A DNA stretch of 64,000 nt, taken from the IMG/VR virus record IMGVR_UViG_3300040801_004034, positions 1-64,000 of that record; one strand, 5' to 3'. The notes beneath the pieces were generated by a model that was not told the origin of the DNA, ran no database searches, and saw only the letters and a list, made by a program, of their open reading frames with translations. Within the stretch, counting starts at the first letter, position 1, and each line of letters opens with the position of its first letter. Shown here in pieces: positions 50,695 through 59,965 of this stretch. Made by a program: the position numbers and the translations under genes.

Positions 50695-50956
50695 TCTTTT
50701 TATTCTTTTTGTATTGCTTTTTAACAGTTGAAAACATATGTATCGGCATTTGCTCAACGAACTCCAGTATACCGTTGTCCATACCAAAATCAAATTTTTC
50801 TTTTGGTACTGTTACATTTTCCATATCAGGAATTGCTAAAAAACCATATTCACTCTTTGTTATATGACATGCAATAAACATCTGACCAGCATAATCACCA
50901 TGATGAGTTGCATATATATCTCTCTTCTTCGGTTTAATATGATTTGATTGTTTCAT
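50681..50956 (-). CDS. hypothetical protein
   Basis: Fills the gap in the operon; start placed at MKQSN. Confidence 0.55.
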   Translation of the reverse strand: MKQSNHIKPKKRDIYATHHGDYAGQMFIACHITKSEYGFLAIPDMENVTVPKEKFDFGMDNGILEFVEQMPIHMFSTVKKQYKKNKKNEEV

Positions 50957-51896
50957 TAAGTTTATCTTCAAAAATTTCATCATAAAGTGGATACCATAAT
51001 AATTCATCCCGTATTTTAGACGAATCAATTGCATATTTAAAATCATGGCCTTTACGATCTTCTACAAATCTAACACACTGATCCATATCCATATCAAAAG
51101 CTTGACATATGAGATCTACTAGTTCAATATTTGACAGCTCTCGACCAGTCCCTATATTATAAATTTCTCCCCTTCTACCTTTAGTTGCAACCATCCATAA
51201 TGCACTAATATGATCATAAACATGAATCCACTCACGTACGTTCATACCAGTACCATACACAGGTATTTTTCTACCATTCTTGAGGTTTTGGATAATCGTT
51301 GGAATGAACTTTTCTTCGTATTGATTAGGACCGAAATTATTACAACATCTAGTTATACAAACATTAGTACCATACGTCTCAAAAAAGCTTTTTACGATTA
51401 AATCACTTGCAGCTTTTGTTGATGAGTATGGTGATCTTGGTGCGAGCGGATCTGTTTCAGTAAATGCTTTATCGGTAATGCTTTCTTTCTCAGTTATATG
51501 ACCGTAAACTTCGTCAGTACTTACATGAACAAACCTACCATGATTTTGTTGTCTAAATGCTTGTAATACATTAGCTGTCCCAACTACATTACTTTGAACG
51601 AAAATATCAGGTGCATCAATACTATTATCAACATGAGATTCAGCAGCTAAATGAAACACGTAATCAAACGGGCCGCATTCATCAAAAACACATTCAACAT
51701 CCTTTTTATTACAAATATCAAATTCATATGATTTAACAGCATATTTTTTGTATGTATCATCTGATGCATATCCGTTTTTATCTAAGATGTAAATTTCATG
51801 ATCGAAATTTGCATGTAAATATTGTGCAAGGTGGCCACCTATAAAACCGTACCCACCTGTTATTAAAATTTTCTTATTTGTTTGCGTCATACCCAA
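50934..51896 (-). CDS. rfbB: dTDP-glucose 4,6-dehydratase
   Basis: TGGYGFIG, HLAAESHVD, STDEVYG, YSSTK, REWIHV.DH, DRKGHD. Confidence 0.95.
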   Translation of the reverse strand: MGMTQTNKKILITGGYGFIGGHLAQYLHANFDHEIYILDKNGYASDDTYKKYAVKSYEFDICNKKDVECVFDECGPFDYVFHLAAESHVDNSIDAPDIFVQSNVVGTANVLQAFRQQNHGRFVHVSTDEVYGHITEKESITDKAFTETDPLAPRSPYSSTKAASDLIVKSFFETYGTNVCITRCCNNFGPNQYEEKFIPTIIQNLKNGRKIPVYGTGMNVREWIHVYDHISALWMVATKGRRGEIYNIGTGRELSNIELVDLICQAFDMDMDQCVRFVEDRKGHDFKYAIDSSKIRDELLWYPLYDEIFEDKLNETIKSY

Positions 51897-52641
51897 CTAT
51901 TAAATTTGTTCTTGTTTGTACTGATCTTACAAAGTTACCAGCATCAAGTAGATCATCGATATTACCACAATCGAACCATGCAGCTTCATCAGGTAGTTTG
52001 TACAGAAAGATATTACCTTCATCAATATATTGTTTGATCACATCCACGATTTCATATTCGCCTCTGTCGCTTTTCTTACAGTTTTTTGCTTTTTCCACAA
52101 CTGTTTCATCGAAAATATACAGTCCTGGGATTGCATACTGACTCGGCGGTGATATAGGTTTTTCAACAACATCAATTAATTCATCCCTTTCATCAAATTT
52201 TGCGACACCATATGCTGAAGGGTTTTTTACTCTATACCCTAATATGATGTTGTTTCTTTGAAATTTCTGCATATTTCGTAGATATTGTCTAAGTCCTTCA
52301 CTTTGAAATATGTTATCACCAAGAGCTAGAATAACAGAGTGACCTTTAATGTATTCTTCAGCTAGTATAAATGCTTGTGCTAAACCGTCCGGCTCATCCT
52401 GTAATACAATTTTATAACCAACAGGTAAATGCAACTTAGAAATCAAATTATAAAAATTATTTGATTGATCAGGTTTAACAATAAATATGATTTCATCAAC
52501 ACCAGCGTCAAGCACTGTCTGAATAGGGTATAACAACATAGGCTTATCATAAACAGGTAAAAGCTGTTTTGAAATGCTATATGTTAACGGAAACAACCTA
52601 GTACCATTTCCACCTGCTAGTATGATTCCTTTACGCGCCAT
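51874..52641 (-). CDS. rfbA: glucose-1-phosphate thymidylyltransferase
   Basis: GIILAGGNGTRLFP, SKQLLPVYDKPM, GLAQAF, LGDN, EKP, RGEYEI. Confidence 0.95.
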   Translation of the reverse strand: MARKGIILAGGNGTRLFPLTYSISKQLLPVYDKPMLLYPIQTVLDAGVDEIIFIVKPDQSNNFYNLISKLHLPVGYKIVLQDEPDGLAQAFILAEEYIKGHSVILALGDNIFQSEGLRQYLRNMQKFQRNNIILGYRVKNPSAYGVAKFDERDELIDVVEKPISPPSQYAIPGLYIFDETVVEKAKNCKKSDRGEYEIVDVIKQYIDEGNIFLYKLPDEAAWFDCGNIDDLLDAGNFVRSVQTRTNLIVGYDANK

Positions 52642-53482
52642 TTCTTTGTAAAACTGAACAATTTAACCTAATGTAATACTCTTCATCGCCGAAGTCAAAA
52701 TTGAAATCTTGTGTTGCTTTTGTATTACTCAATACACAATTACTACGATTCGCTTTAATTGGTAGATCATCATAATCAATAAACTCCCAGTTCGGATTTT
52801 CAAGATCATATTCCTTCATGATTTCTATCACTCGTTTTGTTGATAATGCATTGCTATGTACAGCATTATAAATACCTGGTTTAAAATTATGTGCTACTGC
52901 GAAAACAAATTCACCAAGTCTTAATACATCCGTTTTACTATTTACAAAATCAATAAGTTTATGATATTTCAACAATTTTGAAATCAGATTTTTATGATCC
53001 ATACTAGACGATATCGGCATCCTAATTCTAATTGTATTTGTAAATTCAGAATCAAGAAACATTTCGCAAAGATGTTTCGTCTTGCTATAAAAGCTTGATT
53101 CTTCATTTGTTATACCGAAGTTTGGATAATCATCTTCAGTATATGCTTGTGGTTCATATCCAGTGTATATACAACCTGAGCTTATGTTAATAAACTTCGT
53201 ACCAGTTGCTTTACACTCTGCTTCTATTTGAAGCGGAATCGTTATATTATAAAGTGTCGCTTTAGCTTTATTATCTTCACATGCATCTACATTTGGAAAC
53301 CCTGTATATCCACAAGTATTGATTACAACTTCAACACTATGCTGTTTAATAAATTCCGAAAGTTTACCTGGAACGTGGTATTGATCATCTGTTTGATTCA
53401 ATACCCATACTCCATCACCGTCATGTCCTCTGTATCGTAGGTATTTCGAAATAAAACCGTTACCTAATATAGCTATATTCAT
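52631..53482 (-). CDS. rfbD: NDP-4-keto-6-deoxyglucose 3,5-epimerase/4-reductase (RmlD / NRS-ER-like)
   Basis: LGNGFI, GYTGFPNVDACE, SSGCIY, SFYSKTK, RIRMP. Confidence 0.8.
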   Translation of the reverse strand: MNIAILGNGFISKYLRYRGHDGDGVWVLNQTDDQYHVPGKLSEFIKQHSVEVVINTCGYTGFPNVDACEDNKAKATLYNITIPLQIEAECKATGTKFINISSGCIYTGYEPQAYTEDDYPNFGITNEESSFYSKTKHLCEMFLDSEFTNTIRIRMPISSSMDHKNLISKLLKYHKLIDFVNSKTDVLRLGEFVFAVAHNFKPGIYNAVHSNALSTKRVIEIMKEYDLENPNWEFIDYDDLPIKANRSNCVLSNTKATQDFNFDFGDEEYYIRLNCSVLQRNGA

Positions 53483-53490
53483 ATAACACA

Positions 53491-53518
53491 ATTATAGTGT
53501 ATAAAATTTACATATCCA
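53491..53518 (-). promoter_or_regulatory. early promoter TGGATA-N16-TATAAT, 8 nt before ATG
   Basis: Read directly from the sequence. Confidence 0.65.
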
Positions 53519-53813
53519 TATCATGCATCATAAAAAACCTATTAATATACGTGTTAAGTGCATCTGCATCACTTGTATTCTTAGCATACATTACTGGAGG
53601 AATTGGTTCACCATCAAACCCATATCCGATGATTATGAAACTCTTCATAAACTCACTACAAGTAGAAACCATTGCTTCTATTTCATCTTGAGATTGTGTA
53701 CGCTCACGTTTTGCATCTTGCATCATGAGAACAACATCCTTTAAAATATTTTTAAGCTCTTGTTCGTCTATCTTTGGCTTATTTTCATTATTTGGTTGTT
53801 TTTGTTCATCCAT
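53508..53813 (-). CDS. hypothetical protein
   Basis: Start placed at MDEQ, 10 nt after TATAAATA. Confidence 0.6.
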   Translation of the reverse strand: MDEQKQPNNENKPKIDEQELKNILKDVVLMMQDAKRERTQSQDEIEAMVSTCSEFMKSFIIIGYGFDGEPIPPVMYAKNTSDADALNTYINRFFMMHDMDM

Positions 53814-53853
53814 CGTATAATAGTATTTATACAATACTAAAAATTATTTGACT

Positions 53854-54210
53854 TTATTTTGAAAACGGGTTTTGACTTGGATCATTGTTAATGTTATGCT
53901 CAAGTAGTTTATTTATGATAACTTCTATGCTATCAGTTTTCATAAAAAATCCTTTTGAAAAACTATGACCACCATCATCAATTTCAAACAGGATTTCACC
54001 TGCTTCTGTTTTATTCGAATAACATGTTATAAACACAGATGAAAATCCAGGATCTACTAACACCGTCCAACGACGTGGATCAGTTGTAGCATATGCATTA
54101 AAAATCTTCCAAACAACGAACCCATTATCTTTCAATCTCTTGATAAAATATCCAGGTGTGCGTATCTTATTAGATACCTTTTTTTCGGACCAAAACGGTT
54201 TCTCACTCAT
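53854..54210 (-). CDS. hypothetical protein
   Basis: 118-aa ORF following the clamp gene. Confidence 0.65.
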   Translation of the reverse strand: MSEKPFWSEKKVSNKIRTPGYFIKRLKDNGFVVWKIFNAYATTDPRRWTVLVDPGFSSVFITCYSNKTEAGEILFEIDDGGHSFSKGFFMKTDSIEVIINKLLEHNINNDPSQNPFSK

Positions 54211-54211
54211 A

Positions 54212-54943
54212 CTATTTAATTAGGGTCGTTACGATGTAAGTCAACACTGTTTCACCTTTTGTAAGTGTACAGATCAATATACCTGTGTCACTATTCACAT
54301 CGATTTTAACATGTTTTGTATTCTGATAGCTTAACAATCTGAATACCTCAAAATCAACAACGATCGGCTCGATCGGGGATCCTGTAAATGATTCAGCAAG
54401 TTTGCAAGTAAAATTATCACTATTATGTTTTGTTTTATCACCTAACTCACCACAAACATGATCATCTTCAGTATAGAAGTAGAGTTTATTAGTGTTTGTC
54501 GTAAATGAGCTTGCTTTAAACAATAGAGCAATATCTTTTTCAATACATGTAAATGTACTTGGGAAGTCAAGCTGCTTTGCTTTCTCTGGGTTCAGATTTG
54601 GTTGTTTGATGATACCGTCTTCAAGTAAATGATATTTGAATTTAAATTCCCCTTTCTTGTACGAAATATTATTACTACCTATTGTAAGTTCAATTTCATT
54701 CTCAGGTATAATATCAAGCACCCTAATAAGCTTTTTGATATCAGGTACGTTTAGTTTAGATGGTACAAAATCAACAACAGTTACAGGGTATACACCGTTA
54801 CATACAAGCGTTACATTATTTGTTGCAATGATACAACTTATCAGGTCTTCTTTAACTTCGAAAATACCCAGTTCATTAATATTCGAAACAGGTTCGAGGA
54901 AGTTTTTGATGAAATCGTTTTTGTTTTTGATTTGCAGTTTCAT
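54212..54943 (-). CDS. gp45: sliding clamp gp45 (PCNA-like)
   Basis: 243 aa two-domain alpha/beta pattern; near gp32. Confidence 0.7.
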   Translation of the reverse strand: MKLQIKNKNDFIKNFLEPVSNINELGIFEVKEDLISCIIATNNVTLVCNGVYPVTVVDFVPSKLNVPDIKKLIRVLDIIPENEIELTIGSNNISYKKGEFKFKYHLLEDGIIKQPNLNPEKAKQLDFPSTFTCIEKDIALLFKASSFTTNTNKLYFYTEDDHVCGELGDKTKHNSDNFTCKLAESFTGSPIEPIVVDFEVFRLLSYQNTKHVKIDVNSDTGILICTLTKGETVLTYIVTTLIK

Positions 54944-55386
54944 ATCTTTTCTTGTTCTTTTAGCTCCGCAACTGTTTTGCTCAATTTGTTAACCCTTGAA
55001 AGAAGCTGTTGTAATGATGATTGTATATCATCAAGTGTACTAAACAACTGACCTTTTTCAGATTCATCAAAATGAAACTCAATTTGATTATCATTGACTG
55101 GTATATTTACACTTTCGGTTTGTTCAACAACTTGAGAAACAGGTTCAGCAATAGTAACAGTTTGTTCAGCTGGCTTTACAGCCGGTACCGGATCATTTAC
55201 CGGTACCGCTGTAGATGTTACAAACTTTTCAAATGCTTGTTTTGCTTTACCAGCACTAGGTTTCAATGTTGTACTCGGGGACGCAAGTAGTGAATCAGCT
55301 TCACGCGCATCCTTGTACATATTACCAAGAAACCCTGTAAGAGCAGCTTTAGCTTCTTCTTGACGTTTCTGTTCGTTGGGATCCAT
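54940..55386 (-). CDS. hypothetical coiled-coil protein
   Basis: Translationally coupled between gp32 and gp45. Confidence 0.65.
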   Translation of the reverse strand: MDPNEQKRQEEAKAALTGFLGNMYKDAREADSLLASPSTTLKPSAGKAKQAFEKFVTSTAVPVNDPVPAVKPAEQTVTIAEPVSQVVEQTESVNIPVNDNQIEFHFDESEKGQLFSTLDDIQSSLQQLLSRVNKLSKTVAELKEQEKI

Positions 55387-56255
55387 TATGAAAGATCAAT
55401 ACCATCAAGAAGCTCTTTCATCTTTGCGTCTTCTTCTTCATTAGAAGCTGCACTTGATTCATCAGGAGCTTTTTCTGATCGTGTGTTTGTTTCAGCATGC
55501 TCAGAAGGCTTGGTTGATTGATTCACTTCACTTGTATCAACCTGTGCCGGTGCACCTTCACAAATGATGTGTTCACGAACCATGTTTTGCAACTCTTCAG
55601 TTGTTTTAACCGGTTGTACACTTGTGAGATCAAATACACTACCAAGAATTTCTTTTTGTTTATCTTTTGTCATACCATCAATTTCTGATGGTAATGTAAA
55701 CTTCGATGAAACATATGTTGGGTAATCACCTTGTTGTTCAACTTTGATACGAAGATTAACACCTTCAGGTCCTAGATCAAATACACGACGACCGAGATCT
55801 TCTGCATCTTCACCACTAATAGCATCAACAACAATCTTATGAATTTGCTTACCATATCGAAGAATTTTTACCTTTCCGTTATTATCAGGATTTTTAGGAT
55901 CATCAATAACATAAACGTTCACAAGCCATTTTTCAGACCAACGAAGCTTTTCAGCTTTATTACGTTGTTCAGGTGTACCTGCTTTATATTTAAATTTGAT
56001 TTCACTAATTGGATCACGTTCACCGAATGTAACCGGGCTTAAAGCTGAAACATATTGTCCAGTTGCAAGACTATTCCATCCATTCATGTAATAATGGAAG
56101 AATGTCTTTTTTGGTTCTTTTGAGAATGGTAAAAGACGTACTAGGTATGTATTACCTGGTTCTGTCTTCAGAAAATCACCATAAGATGATGCTTTGTTAT
56201 CGTCTGCAAGAGCTGATTGAATGCTCTGGAATATATCGTTTGTTACGTTGCTCAT
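55386..56255 (-). CDS. gp32: single-stranded DNA-binding protein gp32
   Basis: VRLLP, NVYVIDDPKNPDNNGKVKILRYGKQI, YVSSKF, acidic tail. Confidence 0.9.
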   Translation of the reverse strand: MSNVTNDIFQSIQSALADDNKASSYGDFLKTEPGNTYLVRLLPFSKEPKKTFFHYYMNGWNSLATGQYVSALSPVTFGERDPISEIKFKYKAGTPEQRNKAEKLRWSEKWLVNVYVIDDPKNPDNNGKVKILRYGKQIHKIVVDAISGEDAEDLGRRVFDLGPEGVNLRIKVEQQGDYPTYVSSKFTLPSEIDGMTKDKQKEILGSVFDLTSVQPVKTTEELQNMVREHIICEGAPAQVDTSEVNQSTKPSEHAETNTRSEKAPDESSAASNEEEDAKMKELLDGIDLS

Positions 56256-56261
56256 AAATCT

Positions 56262-56289
56262 ATTATAAATACTAGGTCGCTGAAATCAA
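56262..56289 (-). promoter_or_regulatory. early promoter TTGATT-N16-TATAAT, 6 nt before ATG
   Basis: Read directly from the sequence. Confidence 0.75.
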
Positions 56290-56904
56290 TACAGCCTTGA
56301 CCTTTTCTACTATTTGTTTTGTTTTTCTACTTGAATAATATTTTGCTCGTATGTAGTTAATACGTGTAAAACATTCACTAAATTCTTGAAGTTCATTGTA
56401 CGAAAATTTTGATAAAACCTTCTCAACCGGAAATGCGAATAATGAGAAGAAATTTATTTTTCGTTGTTTTATATGTTTGAAAAATGCAGGGTATATTGCT
56501 TGTGGTTCAACGTGTGTTATATAATGTTTAATCGATATACCTTGCTCTTTACAATAATTACTGATAAACATAAAACTGTCTCTTACCTTTTCTGTTGTCA
56601 TATCACTATCAGGTTCGTTTAAAAGATATCGATCGTTGTATAATGTATATGTTCGAATTGCTCGTTGAGTCGTATAGAAATCCAACTCAACATATTTTTT
56701 TGTTTGAACAAAAAACGGAGCTTCAAAAAAAGACGTCATATCAACATCAGGGAATTTGAAAAACAGGTCATCAAGCCTTTTGAGTGCTAATTTAACAGTA
56801 TCATCAAGTTTAGTGAAATCTTTACGAGCTTTAAACGGTTTATCGTTTACTCTTTGAAGAACATAAAGGTATGTGTTATATATCTGTTGTTGTTTTAAGT
56901 CCAT
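56272..56904 (-). CDS. possible helicase loader (gp59-like)
   Basis: 210 aa, helical, immediately upstream of gp32 as in T4; assignment rests mainly on synteny. Confidence 0.4.
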   Translation of the reverse strand: MDLKQQQIYNTYLYVLQRVNDKPFKARKDFTKLDDTVKLALKRLDDLFFKFPDVDMTSFFEAPFFVQTKKYVELDFYTTQRAIRTYTLYNDRYLLNEPDSDMTTEKVRDSFMFISNYCKEQGISIKHYITHVEPQAIYPAFFKHIKQRKINFFSLFAFPVEKVLSKFSYNELQEFSECFTRINYIRAKYYSSRKTKQIVEKVKAVLISAT

Positions 56905-57178
56905 CTAACCCGCTAAATTTATTGAGATATTTTGTTACGTATTTACTCTTTGATACTGATGGTTCTGTGTGTATGAATTTTCTGATTGCTTCAAAATCGT
57001 TAGGTTCATCTATTTGCTGTTTATAAATGTCTCTAATCGTTTTATTTTCAAGTATCTTTAGAAACACCGTAGCAAAATTCATCTTTTTATCATATGTTAA
57101 AGATACGAATGAACAAAATGAGTAAAATGAATGATGAAACTCGTCTGTTTCAATATTGGTATATGGAATATATGACAT
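56876..57178 (-). CDS. hypothetical protein
   Basis: Coupled ORF in the replication operon. Confidence 0.6.
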   Translation of the reverse strand: MSYIPYTNIETDEFHHSFYSFCSFVSLTYDKKMNFATVFLKILENKTIRDIYKQQIDEPNDFEAIRKFIHTEPSVSKSKYVTKYLNKFSGLDGLKTTTDI

Positions 57179-58056
57179 TATAAAAGTTTGAGTGTTTTTG
57201 TTAGGTTCATCACGTTTTCATTTAATGCTACACCGGCAGCACATTCGTGACCACCACCTTGTCCTAATTTTTCCGCAAGCTCTCCCATATGTAATTTACA
57301 TTCGTTTGTGCTTCTTAGATATGCTTTCTTCATTTTAGGATTGATTATAAGTATAAAGTCGTATCCGTATTTTTCAAGCATTCTACCTGCTATTTCATTA
57401 GGCCATTTTTCTGCACAGCAGCTTAACATCTTAAACTGTTTATCACCAATAGGTATTTGTGTACCATACATTTTTGTCTGTACTATTATCTGATTGATTT
57501 CATTATGAATAATATGAAGCGCATTTTTATGAAATTTATTAAAGCCGACAAAACCTGTACCGAAATCATCAATAAATTTACCAAGTTTATCACCAGTATA
57601 CCCCCAGTAAATAAAATCTAAATCTTTACTAAACGGAAACTTAAGTGTGTAACTATCGTAATCATCGATTAGTGCAAATAGTGTTACCATTGGTTTTGAA
57701 AGCTTATCTTTAATTTTAAAAACATCACAAATTAGCTTTGTACAAGACGTTTCCATCTTCACAACTTGTTTAGCTATTTTCCAAACATGACTATTCTCAA
57801 CATGTTGTTCATGATGATCAATAACTACCACGTTTGGGTAGTCGCAAATATATGCATAATCATAAATCGGTAAATCACAAATAAACACTTTTGAATATTG
57901 TGAAAAATCAAATTGATCAAAATCCTTCTTGAAACTTTTAACAGTGGTAACCTTATAAACAACTTTATATGTATCTGCTGGCATAGCTTCACGGATTGCA
58001 AGGAATGACCCAGCTCCATCTAAATCTGCATCGACTATGACTAAAATCTTTTTCAT
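57178..58056 (-). CDS. DHH/DHHA1 phosphoesterase
   Basis: DADLDG, ICD, IDHH, DDYD, GGGHECAAG. Confidence 0.9.
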   Translation of the reverse strand: MKKILVIVDADLDGAGSFLAIREAMPADTYKVVYKVTTVKSFKKDFDQFDFSQYSKVFICDLPIYDYAYICDYPNVVVIDHHEQHVENSHVWKIAKQVVKMETSCTKLICDVFKIKDKLSKPMVTLFALIDDYDSYTLKFPFSKDLDFIYWGYTGDKLGKFIDDFGTGFVGFNKFHKNALHIIHNEINQIIVQTKMYGTQIPIGDKQFKMLSCCAEKWPNEIAGRMLEKYGYDFILIINPKMKKAYLRSTNECKLHMGELAEKLGQGGGHECAAGVALNENVMNLTKTLKLL

Positions 58057-58090
58057 TGTAAATAGTTATTTAATAATAGGTTCCTTCAGT

Positions 58091-58477
58091 TCAACTCATT
58101 CTACCTAGTTCATCCGAAACGTCATCAATATCGTTTCTTCTTGCAGCAAGATTATCATCCTCTTCAATCCAAAGCGTGTCATAATTGATTCTCATTGCAT
58201 TACTACCGAAATTCGGTCCGAATCTATTTTTAACTGAACCTATGTTGATAATACCTAGTTCTTTATCTTCAGGAGATTGAAAAATATTGTAAATAGCATC
58301 ACAAGTAGCAGCAAGACCGTATGATTCACTGATTGTATCAAGCCCTGGTGAATTTTGACCATATCCACTATTATGTGTTAGAATTCCATTTGCAAAAAAT
58401 AAATTATCATCCGATACAGATATATCTACTGTTTCAATTTCACCTATTTCTTGTATTTCTACTATTTCATCAACCAT
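58091..58477 (-). CDS. gp41: replicative helicase gp41, C-terminal part preceded by a 36-aa split-intein C fragment
   Basis: TVDISVSDDNLFFANGILTHN|SGYG…SESYGLAATCD…KNRFG; start placed at ATG 58477. Confidence 0.9.
   Translation of the reverse strand: MVDEIVEIQEIGEIETVDISVSDDNLFFANGILTHNSGYGQNSPGLDTISESYGLAATCDAIYNIFQSPEDKELGIINIGSVKNRFGPNFGSNAMRINYDTLWIEEDDNLAARRNDIDDVSDELGRMS
58370..58477 (-). mobile_element. split intein C fragment (gp41-1-like, 36 aa; +1 Ser)
   Basis: Blocks F/G ending THN|S. Confidence 0.9.
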
Positions 58478-59660
58478 AAAGGTGTTGTTTACATTTTTCA
58501 ATTGTTTCATCAGGTTTTTCATTATAATCTTTCTCCCATATTACCAGAACATCAAATCCTAGATTTTTTATTATAGCTTGTTTTTCTGCATCTTCAATCC
58601 AAATTTGCTCACATGTAAGATCATTATAAGGATTAGGTTTATCAGTGTTACGGTAAATATCAGGGTTACCATGGAATACATCACCATTAAATTCAATAAC
58701 TTTTTTTCTATCAACATTTACATAATCATAAAAGAAGCTTCGTTTTTTATGTTGTTTATGAAATTCTTTGTTTTTGATCGCATAATATGTATTTTCAGTG
58801 TTACTATCAATCAACTCAAATAGTTGTTGTGATATTTTTGAGAAACCAGAGACCCCTATAGCGCTGTGTGTACACCAGTGTAAATATTTTCTTTCACCGA
58901 GTTCAATACCGTATTTACTAATATAAAAATCTTTTGTATTCCTAAATCTGCATAGTTCTATATGTTTTTCATATTTTTCAGCGCCTTCTTTTTCACCATA
59001 CTTCCTTTTAAAAGACTGCAGCGATTTATGATCTTTAGCTTGTTTCATTTTTTTCGGACCATCTATAACACCATATTTTTTAATAAACCCTTCTTTTGAA
59101 CTACCGAAATGTAGTTTCATTATTTTTTCGTTGTATAATATTACACCTTCATCTTCTCCGTATTTTTGTATATAACTCTCTAACGTATGTTTTTTCTTTT
59201 CCTTTTCTCTCATCAATCTGAATCTTTTACGACCATCAGCATCACCGTATTTTTTTACAAATCGTTCAATCGTTTTATTACCTTTATTATTTTCACACTT
59301 TTCAGCAAATTTCTCACGTCCTTTTATTTCCCCATATAATTTAACATAATTATCAATAGTATGTGCTTTTTTATTACACGCTTGTTCATACCGTTTTTTA
59401 CCTTCCTTTTCTCCAAACTTTAATATACAACCTTCTAGTGTTGATGCAGATTTATACATTTTATTATATTTTTCTATCTTTTTAAGACGATCTAGCCACG
59501 GAAACGGTATATCATACTCGCAAAATCTTGCTAACTGAACCATTTGCATGATAGATAGTTTTTCATAAACATCTTCAATAATTTGTATTTGTTTCTGCTG
59601 TTGCAGGTCAGGGGTTTTATTACAATGTTTTTTCCAGTTTTTTGACTTGTAGTATACCAT
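58470..59660 (-). mobile_element. free-standing Vsr/DUF559-like homing endonuclease between the gp41 halves
   Basis: About seven KYGExEG repeats; FYD…VIEFNGDVFHGNP…VLVIWEKDY; ATG 59660 lies 6 nt after TAAATA. Confidence 0.85.
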
Positions 59661-59695
59661 AAACATTATTTATGACTGCTACACAGATTAACATG

Positions 59696-59965
59696 CTATT
59701 TCTCAGTAAAAAGTTTATCACCTACCTCTAAACCAGTATTGATTGATTTTACAAGCTGATTGGATACTGGAAACATATGTTTACCGCTACAAATAATTTC
59801 TTTACCAGACTTTAACTTTATTTTATAACATTTTTGCGTTTCTACAGGATAAACATATCTCACATCAACATATTTTTTTGACCCTAATATTTTATCTCCT
59901 ATTTTTAAATCAACAATGCGTTTATTACCATTTGGTGTTTTCACCACAGTATTGATATCCAAGCA
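59696..59965 (-). mobile_element. split intein N fragment (gp41-1-like, 89 aa)
   Basis: Block A CLDINT.V.TP.G and block B IICSGKHMFP, followed by a stop codon. Confidence 0.9.
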
